Positions 54,905-64,000 of a DNA stretch of 64,000 bases are shown here, in pieces. The position numbers were made by a program, and so were the translations under genes. A model generated the notes under the pieces. That model saw only the letters and a list, made by a program, of their open reading frames with translations. It made no database searches and had not been told where the DNA came from. This stretch comes from Stegostoma tigrinum (taxonomy: Eukaryota), in NCBI RefSeq assembly GCF_030684315.1, contig NC_081362.1, forward strand, positions 97,711,323 to 97,775,322. Direction: 5' to 3'. Each line of letters starts with the position of its first letter. Position 1 is the first letter of the stretch.

Positions 54905-55250
54905 TTTCGGCATGTGGATCACAGCACCAGGAATGGAGGTTCAACCCTACCCTCAGGCGACTGTCTGTGTCAAGCCTGCACATTCTCCCTGTGTCTGTGT
55001 GGGCTTCCTCCGGGTGCTCCGGTTTCCTCCCATAGTCCAACGGGGTGCATGTTGGGTGGGTTTTCCATGTTATGCTGCCCATTGTGTCCAGGATGTGGAG
55101 CCGTGGGAAATACAGGGCTACAGGGGTAAGGCTTGGTGGTGGTGGTGGGGGGGGGGGGGGGGGGGGGGTGGTCTGGGTGGGATGCTTCTCAGAAGGTTCG
55201 TGTGGACTTGACGCACTGAATGGCCTGTTTCCACATTGTACGCATCGTAT
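54905..55250 (+). mobile_element. HE1-like SINE with a G homopolymer, inserted into an old LINE tail
   Basis: Core GGCGACTGTCTGTGT...CTCCGGGTGCTCCGGTTTCCTCCCA. The flanks CAGCTCACCCCCAC / TTCTCAAGGGGAACTAGGGA appear to join as one LINE tail. Confidence 0.75.
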
Positions 55251-56090
55251 GATTCTCAAGGGGAACTAGGGACAGGCAATATATGCTGGCTCAGCCACAG
55301 AGAGCCATGCTGTTTGTGTGAATAAAAGTAAAGACAAGTAGTAACCACATCCTTATCATAATATCGTTTATTTTCTAAAATAACTGCCGCACAGCATTTC
55401 GTTTTGGCCAGTAGTTACGTACCAGAACATGACCACAGGAAGGGCAGAATGGGACACTGTTAGGGAGAGGAGGGAGATGTGGGTCGTGGGGAAGTGTGTG
55501 GGGGTGGGGAGATTTTGGATGATGTGAGTTTGTGGGGCAGATGGGGAAATGGTGGATGGGACATGGGGATGGAAGGTGTGGGGTGTGGGGTGTCGGCATG
55601 GGGAGGGTTTGGGGGATGTGTGTGGGTGTGGAGGTGGGGCTGGGGTTTGTGATGGTGTGTAGATGCAGAGTGGGGTTGGGCACAAAGGGGCAGGGGTGAA
55701 AGGTGTGGGTGTGTGTAGATGCCAGGGTGTGGGGGCTGGGGAAACGGGCAAGCAGTGGGGGGTTGTGTGGGGACGGGGTGGGGTGTGCTATCTGTGCCCA
55801 GCCATTGCAGCATGTCACAGGTCAGCGCTGGCAGTGTCCTCTCTCTCACCAGGGAGTCCCGCAGCACCTCAGGTTCCTCCTGGAAATGGGACCACTCAGC
55901 TTGAAGCACCAACAGGAACATGCTCAAGGTCCGCAGCCTCCTGCCTCAGAAATGAATGGCTTGTCCTCCACTCTCATCGAGGCCCAGTTTACCAAGTGCC
56001 TTCGCAATGCCATTGTGCTGGAATGCAGCATCTACGAGCAGCCTCTATAATTCCGTACAGTTACACAACAAGGAATAACTAGGTACTTAC

Positions 56091-56472
56091 CGATGATATT
56101 GATCTGGGTTCCGTTCCCATACACATCACCCCACACTTTACAGTAATACACAGTTGCATCTTCAGGTTGAATGTTTGTGACTATTAGAGTGGCAACACGA
56201 CTGGCGATATCGCTGGTAGAATTAAAATGTCCCTGAAAATGTTTATTCACTTCCACAATGCCATTAGCACGGTGTGTCACAACCCACTGATACCCTGTCA
56301 GGTTACGTCGGTGCCAGTGTAAATCAGTCTTATCCAAATCGATACCCGGCACAGAGCAGTTTACCGCAGCAGTCTGACTCACTCTGACATTCAGCATCGG
56401 TGACTGAGCTGGGACAGGAAAATCTCTGCCTGGAACAGAAACAAGTCCAAAGATCAGAACAGAAAGCAACAT
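56091..56472 (-). CDS. VJ-Ig receptor, V-set domain exon with germline-joined J motif (the exon starts at ATG 56472 or at acceptor 56429)
   Basis: B-strand Cys (AAVNC), C-strand Trp (LHWHRR), TLIVTNIQPEDATVYYC and G strand YGNGTQINII, followed by the phase-1 donor G|gtaagt. Confidence 0.93.
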
Positions 56473-57054
56473 GGGCACTGTTTAATGGGATGGTCATGAG
56501 CAAGGTAGTTAAATGTGAGAATATTCTGTAACACTGTCACAGACAGATACTTCAATCTCACTTCACTGTTTGACCAAATAAAGCCAGGAATGATGAGGAT
56601 TTAAAGTGGACCATGAGCTGTAGAGTAATTGGCCAGGAGTATTAGCTGTGGAGGAATTAGAGCAAAGAAAGTACAAAGAACAATATAACACAGGAGCAGA
56701 TCCTTCGGCCTTCCAAGTTGGCACCACCACATTTTGCCCTCCACACTAAAACTGAATTACTCAGGAATATTAACTGAAAGCCAAAAGTATTAGTTTTTGA
56801 TTAACTAAGCAGGACCCAGGACCATGAGTTGCAGGTTGTCAGCCCTGGAATATTAACTGAAGGGATTACCCAGGAGTTTTAACTGTAATGTAATGTCGGG
56901 GCTATTACCTATAGTGCAGTAAACCAGGAACATCCGCTGTGCACAATTAAATCCAAAGTATTTGCCACAACAATGCAATGGTTTTCAAAATGGTGAGAAC
57001 GCTGAAAATGTCATTTCATTAGAGGTCTTCTGGAAAAGGAGAATTCAACATTCC

Positions 57055-57265
57055 AGACCTAACCCTGACTTAATCCCTGACCTAAACCCCATCTATCCCA
57101 GATTTAACCCTGACCTAATCCCTGACCTAATCCCTGATCTAACCCTGACCTAATCCCTGACCTACTCCCTGATCAAACCCTGATCAAACCCTGACATAAT
57201 CCCTAGTCTAATCCCTGATTTAACCCCAGACCTAATCCCGGACCTAACCTTGATCTAACCCTGAT
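57055..57265. repeat. Degenerate 12-bp repeat CTAA(C/T)CCTGACC, telomere-like
   Basis: TAACCCTGA and TAATCCCTGA recur through the span. Confidence 0.85.
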
Positions 57266-57269
57266 CAGG

Positions 57270-57395
57270 AATGAAGGGTCTAGGCCTGAAACGTCAGCTT
57301 TTGTGCTCCTGAGATGCTGCTTGGTCTGCTGTGTTCATCCAGCTCCACACTTTATTATCTCGGAATCTCCAGCATCTGCAGTCCCCATTATCTCA
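57270..57395 (+). mobile_element. Short interspersed repeat (MER6-like)
   Basis: TGAAGGGTCTAGGCCTGAAACGTC...GATGCTGC...CTCCAGCATCTGCAG. Confidence 0.65.
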
Positions 57396-57669
57396 TGACC
57401 ATAACCCCGTCTGTTTTGAGTTTGTAAAGGAAAAGATGATATGTTGAAAAAAGCAGGCACCAGCTCAGATTGGAGCAGCCTGTGTCTGCTCATATGTTCT
57501 CCAGGTGCTTACTCACTCTGAGCCTCCCTGATGCTCACAGCCTCCCTGAGTCATCCTGTCCTTTTAAACATCGTTCCCCCAGCCTTAACAGTAGCAGAGA
57601 ATTTCACAGGCTCTCCACTCTCTGGGTGAAGACTTTTCTCCTCATCCTTGCCCTAAATGGTTTGACTGA

Positions 57670-59370
57670 TTAAGAATCTATCTCAGCCTTAAATATAAAC
57701 AAGGACTCTGCCCCCGTAGCTCTTTGTGGGAAGGCGTCACAAAGACTCACCGCCCTCTGGCAGAAGAAATTCCTCCTCATCACAGCTTTAAATGGGTGCC
57801 CCTTTATTCTGAGGCCGTGCCCTCTGGTCCTACACTCTCCAATGAGGGGAAATATTTACCCTGTCAAACTCCTCAAGAATCCAATATATTTCAATGAGAA
57901 CCTTTCACTCTTCTAAACTCCAGTGAATACAGTGCCAACCTGTTTGTCCATAAGACAATCTCTCCGTACCAGGGATCATCCCAGCTAAATTTCCCCGAGC
58001 TGCCTCCAATGAAATGGTACCTTTCCTTAAATGAAGCAGCTAAAGCTGCTGACAGTACTCTCCCCAGCACCTTGTAAGTTACAGTAAGGCTTCCCAACAC
58101 TTATACTCCAACCCCCTTGGAATAAGGGCCTACATTCCATCAGCTTTCCTGATTACCTGCTGCCCCTGTGTGTGATCTTTCTGTGTTTCACGCACACCTT
58201 CCCCCAAGTCTCTTTGTGTTGCAGCTTTCTGCAGTTTCTCTCCATTTAAACAATACTCTGTTCTTTTGATCTCCATTTCAAAATGTACAACTGCACATTT
58301 TCCCACATTATACTCCATTTGCAAACATTTCGCCCACTCTGTCAACCTATCAATAGCTCTCTGTAAGCTGCTTGTTTCCCAGTCACATCCTGAGTTTCCA
58401 ACTTTTCTTTGTGGTGTCTGCAAATGTGGCTACAGTACATTCACTTCCTTCCTCCCAGTTATTAACACATACTGTAAACAGGTGGGTTCCAGCATTGATC
58501 CCTGTGGAACCCACTGGCCATGGATCACCACCCTGAGAAAGAACCTCCTCTATTCACTTGCTGTTTACTGCCCATTTGCCAGTTCCCTATCCACACCAAT
58601 TTACCACCTTCAACACCATGAGCTCTTGTGGTTAAATCTTTTGGGAGGTACCTTGTCAAATGCTTTCTGGAGGTCCAAATATAACACATCTACTGGCTCC
58701 CCTCTCTCCAATCTGGTTGAGACTTCCTAAAAAAATTCTATTAGTCACACACCGGTTCTCTTCCATGAAGCCATGCTGACTCTGCTGATTCGATTATGCT
58801 TTTCCAAATATTCTGCTATTACTTCCTTAATAACTGATTCCACCATTTTTCTGACAATTTTCCAACCTTAGGCTAATTAGCTCACACATACCCATGTTTT
58901 CCCTCACTCCCTTTTTGAATGATCTGTCACATTAGCAGTTTTCAGATCCTCTGGTACTTCTCCTGAATCCAATATTTCAAAAAAATGCAATGCACCCACT
59001 ATCTCAGTAGCTTCCTCTTTTAGGGTTCCAGGAGGCAAACCATCAGGGCCAGGGAACTTTTTTGCCCTTAGTCCCATGAGTTTATTTAATGATGATTGCA
59101 TTTAATTTCTTCTCCCTACATTTTCTTTAGTATTAATGAGATGTTCAAAGTATCTTCCACTGTAAAGACTGATGCAAAATATCTGTTTAACTGCTTTGCA
59201 ATTCCCTTGTTCACCAAAACTGTCTCTCCAGGTTCTCTTTAGTTTAATTTGTCTCTCTTTACTATCTTTTTAGACCCCCCTCTTTGCTAGATCCCGAATT
59301 TATCTGTTTTCGCGGCTATCACTGACTTTTCTCTCCTTATAAGATTTTTCTTTCAACTTCATACTGTCCT
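57670..59370 (-). mobile_element. CR1 LINE RT fragment
   Basis: Reads KFPGPDGL...DLKTANVT and WAKCLQMEYNVGKCAVVHF...QRDLG. Confidence 0.88.
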
Positions 59371-59384
59371 TAACTCCCTTGGTT

Positions 59385-60835
59385 AGGCATAGAGTCATAC
59401 AGCATGGAAACCCTTCGGTCTAACCAGCACAATCCCAAACCAAGTCCGTCCCATTTGCATGCTCCCGGCCCATTTCTCTCCAAACATTCCTTATTCATGA
59501 ACTTATCCAAATGTCTTTTAAACATTGTAACTTTACCTAGGCCCTCCACTTCGTCTGGGAGTTCATTTCCCCGACACACAAACCAAAAAAAATTGCGGCC
59601 GCATCTTTTATGAATTTTCTCCTCTCACCTTAAAAACATGCCCCCAAATCTTGAAGCCTCCAGATCTATGGAAAAGGCACCCACCATTCACCTTGTCTAT
59701 TCCCCCCATGATTTAATAAATCTCTATAAGGTCACCCCTCAACCTCCTGCACCCTACCGAAAAAAGATCCAGCCTATCCAGCCTCTCCTCGTAACTCAAA
59801 ACCTCCATTCCTGCAGTAACCAGTAAATCTCTTCTGAACAATCTCTGGCTTTAAAATATCCTTCCTCCAACAGGGTGACCAGAACTGGACACAGTATTCC
59901 AGAAGAGGCCTCACCAGCAGCCAGTACAAACTCAATATAGCGTCCCAACTCCTATACTGAAAGGTCTGAGCAATGAAGGCAAGCGCGGTAAATACCATCT
60001 TAACCACCCTGCCTATATGTGATGTAACCTTCAAAGAATTGTGTACCTGTACTCCCTAGGAGTCTCTGTTCCACAACACTACCAATGGCCCCACTTTCGA
60101 TTGAGTCCTGCCCTTGTGTGTTTCACCAAAATGCAATGCCTCAAATTTATCCAAATTAAACTCCATCTGCCATGCTTCAGTCCATTGATCCAATTGACCA
60201 AGATCTCTTTGTAATCTTAGATAACATCCTTCACTGTCCACTATGTCACCAATTTTGGCGTCATCCACAAACTTACTAATCATGCCTCCTATGATCTCAT
60301 CCAAATCGCTTATATCAGTGACAAACAACAGTGATCCCAGCGCCAATCCCTGTGGAACACCGCTGGTCACAGGCCTCCAGTCCGAAAATCAACCCTTCAC
60401 TATCACCCTCTGCCTCCTGCTGTTTAGCCAGTTTTGTATCCAATTGGCAAGCTCACCCTGAATCCCATGTGATCGAACTTTACTAAAATAGCTCACAATG
60501 TGCAACCTCGTCAAATGTTTTACTAAAGTGAGTTTTGAGAAGATTTGTAGCTCAGGTTGAGGTTCTGGATGTGAGTTTGCTCGCTGAGCTGGAAGGTTAG
60601 TTTTCAGACGTTTCGTCACCATTCTAGGTAACATCATCAGTGAGCCTCCGACGAAGCGCTGGTGTTATGTCCCGCTTTCTATTTATCTGGTTAGGTTTCC
60701 TTGGGTTGGTGATGTCATTTCCTGTTCTTTGTCTCAAGGGATGGTAGATTGGCTCCAAATCAATGTGTTTGTTGATGGAGTTCCGGTTGGAATGCCATGC
60801 TTCTAGGAATTTTTACTAAAGTCCAAGTAAACAAA
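59385..60835 (-). mobile_element. CR1 LINE RT/3' fragment, interrupted by a Penelope-like insert
   Basis: Reads TSGVPQG.ALGSLLF, RPLLEYCVQFWSP and GIQGELANWIQNWL. The YLDFSK motif is split by the insert. Confidence 0.9.
60530..60810 (-). mobile_element. Penelope-like 3' terminal fragment with a 12-bp TSD
   Basis: Near-identical to 50337-50618 in reverse complement. TTTTACTAAAGT occurs at 60518-60529 and 60811-60822. Confidence 0.9.
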
Positions 60836-61612
60836 AAGTTTGCATTTTGGAAGATCAAATTCAAGGCCGAACTATACAGTAAATGGAAAAGTCCTAGGGA
60901 ACATTGATGAACAGAGAGATCTGGGTGTTCAGGTCCATGGTTGCCTGACGGTGACAACGCAGGTCAATAGGGTGGTCAAGAAGGCATATGGCATGCTTTC
61001 CTTCATTGGGCGGGGTATTGAGTACAAGAGTTGGCAGGTCATGTTGCAGTTGTATAGGACTTTGGTTCAGCCACAATTGGAGGACTGTGTACAGTTCTGG
61101 TTACCACATCACCAAAAGCATGTGGATGCTTTGGAGAGGGTACAGAGGAGGTTCACCAGGATGTCGCCTGGTATGGAGGGTGCTAGCTATGATGAGAGGT
61201 TGAGTAGATTATTATTTTCATTAGAAAGACGGAGATTGAGAGGGGACCTGATTGGGAAAAAGCTTCTTGCTATCCACCCTGTCTATACCCCTCATGATTT
61301 TGTAGACCTCAGAGTGGGGGACTCAATTACGAGGGGTCATGAGTTCAAAGTGAGAGGAGGAAAGTTTAAGGGAGATACGCGTGGAAAGTTCTTTATGCAG
61401 AGGGTGGTGGGCGCCTGGAACGCGTTGCCAGCGGAGGTGGTAGACGCAGACACGTTAGCATCTTTTAAGATATATTTGGACAGGTACATGGATGGGCAGG
61501 GAGCAAATGGACACAGACCGTTAGAAAATAGATGACAGGTTAGACAGAGGATCTTGATCGGCGCAGGCTTGCAGGGCCGAAGGGCCTGTTCCTGTGCTGT
61601 AGGTTTCTTTGT
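60836..61612 (+). mobile_element. CR1 LINE 3' fragment
   Basis: The ORF at 60840-61535 reads HFGRSN...LERVQRRFTRM...TRGHEFKVRG. Confidence 0.92.
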
Positions 61613-62329
61613 TTCTTTGACAGTGACAGACTAGGATGTTCTTGTTGGAGCTCCTCTGCTCCACCTGTTCTTTTTCTTCCTTCTTGCTTTCTTTCTTCTT
61701 TATCTCTCTTCTTTTATCTTCTTCTCTCCACTCAGTATTGGAGCTGGCAGCAAGTCTACAGCAGCGAGCCCTGCAGCCGCGTGTGGGCTGCGAGCCCCAG
61801 AGTTCTGTGGGAAAGATTCTTGCCGTTGGGAAGCATCGCGCAGGCAGCAATTCCTGGGATACAGTGAGAGTGGGAGTCAACAGCCTCAGGGTGACGAGGG
61901 GCCGAGTCCCCAGGGCGACGAGGGGCCGAGGAACGAATCCTGGTCCAGCGTGACTTACCTTGTCGTTGCCATGTGCCGGTGAGGAGCAGACTGGAGGCTG
62001 GAGCAATTCAGGAAAATTGCTGGGCTTGGGCCTGGCATCACACGCTGAGCTGCTGCTATTGGACAGTAATTTAAAACCTTTCACTATGTGGTGACTACCT
62101 CAGTAAGCAATGTTTATGCTTTCTTTAATGCTCTGTGGATAAGAACACTATGCTATTTTTATACTCTGTAAGACTTATACCTACATATTTGTAATTAAGA
62201 TGGCACTATTGAAAGGCAGCCATTGTAAAAACTTTTCACTGTACTCCTGTACTTCTGTAATGTAGTACAAGTGACAGTAAAGGAGATCCTGCTCCATTGT
62301 ATTCTACAACATGTACAGCTCAATCTTCT

Positions 62330-64000
62330 TGGTTACTTCCTCAAAACCTCAATCAAATTTGAGAGACATGATTTCCCTCGCACACAACCATGCTGATTAT
62401 CCCTAATCATTCCTTGCCTCTCCAAATGCATATAAATTTTATCTTTCTGACTCACTCCCATCATCTTACCCACCACTGATATTAGACTCTATAGTTCCCA
62501 GGCTTCTCCTTACATCCCTTCTTAAACTTTGGCACAGCATTAGCCACTCTCCAGTCATCTGGCACCTCACCCATAGTTATAGACAATGCAAATATTTCTA
62601 CTAGGGGCCCTGCAATTTCCTCTCTAACTTCTCACAAAGCCCTGGGATACACTAGATCAGATCCTCGAGATGTAACCATGTGTATTTTCTAAGACCTCCA
62701 GCACTACACCTTCTGTAATGCAAACTGTTTTTTTAAACATCAATGGTTATTTCTGTGAGTTCTCTAGCCTCCATTTCTTTCTCCACAGTAAAAATTGACA
62801 GGAAATATTCATTTAACATCTCCCCCATCTCCTGAAGTTCAACCAAAGAAAACCTCTTTGATCATTGATGGGATCCTACTCTCTTTCCAGTTGCTGTCTT
62901 GCTCTTAGTGTACTTATAGAATCACTTTGGTTTATCCTTATCCTTATTTGCAGAGGCTATCTCATATCGTCTCTTTGCCTTCCTGATCACTCTTTGAAGA
63001 ATACCCCTGCGCTCTTTATACTCTTCACGAGGTTTGAACCCAGTTGTCTATATCTATGATTCTTTTCTATTCTTGACTCAAACCTCTATATCTTCACTCA
63101 TCGAATGTTCTCTGATCCTCCCAGCTTTACCATTCACTCGAAACGGGAACATAACGACTCCAAACTCTCATTATTGCAGTTTTGAAAACGTCCCACTTAT
63201 CAGATGTCCCTTTACCTGTGAGTAACCTACTTCAGGCAATTTGTGTAAGTTCTTGTCTCATACCATATAAATTTGCCTCAATCTCAATGAAAACCTTAAC
63301 TTTTATGGAAGGTTTATCCCTTTCCATAACCATTTTAAAACAAATATAATTACATCACTAGATTCAAAGTGCTCCACTTTTTTTAACACTTCGGTCACTT
63401 GCTCTGCCTTATTGCCCAAGAGACAGTAAAGTTTTGCTCCTTCTCCAGCAGGAACACTTACAAGCTGATAAAGAAAATTTTTTTCAACAAATTTAAGAAA
63501 TTCTTCATCATTCAAACCTTTAACATGATGATAATCCCAGTCAATGTTTGGAAAATTAAAATCCCCTACCGTTACAACCTTATTGTTCTTACGTCTAGCC
63601 GAGACCTTGTCACATAATTGCTCCTCTATTTCACTCTGGGGGGACTATAGTCCAATCCCATTTTAAGATGATCATTCCTTTTCTTATTTCTAATTTCAAC
63701 ATATATATTTTCACCGGATGGTTTTTCAGAAATGTCTTCTCCAGTTACAGCAGTAATGTTTTCCATGGTCAAAAACACCACTCCCCCTCCCCTTTTGCTT
63801 CCCTTTCATTCCTTCCTATAGCATCTGAAACCTGAAATATTGATCTTCAAGTCCTGTCCTTACATCAGACAAAATTCTGTAATAGCTATAATGTCCCAGC
63901 ACCAGGTTCCCATACCTGCCCTGACATCTGCCTTACCTCTAAGGCACTTTGCATTGAAATCAATGCAGTTTAATTGTTTAGAGTCATGGTTGGTTTATCC
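62330..64000 (-). mobile_element. Old CR1 LINE ORF2 fragment (endonuclease/linker), running off the window
   Basis: Reads EEFLKFVEKNFLYQLV..GEGAKLYCLLGN; a GDFNFP motif lies near 63550. Confidence 0.8.

Noticed and set aside
56091-56472. Naming the gene PDCD1, NCR3, CD8B or an Ig/TCR V segment
   Set aside because: The architecture overlaps with several families, and orthology cannot be established without searches and synteny. The lack of RSS and of a C1 exon argues against Ig/TCR.
61940-62030. Strong minus-strand donor (AAG|gtaagt, ~61959) as the receptor's leader exon
   Set aside because: The phase-1 frame has a stop and no ATG, and no frame is hydrophobic. The surroundings look like an interspersed repeat. 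A non-coding exon is not excluded.

Overview
This is vertebrate, not microbial, DNA. The repeat content (CR1 LINEs, Penelope-like elements, HE1-type tRNA SINEs) points to a shark or other elasmobranch. Bases 1-35,080 are mostly tandem repeat: a 21/31-bp minisatellite, then a ~32-kb array of a 26-bp unit that carries multi-kb internal duplications. The rest is dense with retroelement fragments. Among them, on the minus strand, is a spliced five-exon gene of which the ORF track shows only the first exon. The exons (56091-56472/56429, 50652-50787, 46469-46512, 44930-44973, 44093-44212) join with canonical GT-AG sites and matching phases into a ~241-aa type I membrane protein. It has a germline-joined, antigen-receptor-like V-J Ig domain (YYC-KVWGDV-YGNGT, no RSS seen), an uncharged TM helix, and a tail with ITIM/ITSM-like motifs (SVYATA, MHYAEL, SEYAAV). 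It is a candidate non-rearranging VJ-type inhibitory immune receptor; I cannot assign an ortholog name from sequence alone. Its introns hold two inverted Penelope-like insertions, one with a 12-bp target-site duplication. Repeat boundaries were read by eye and are approximate.
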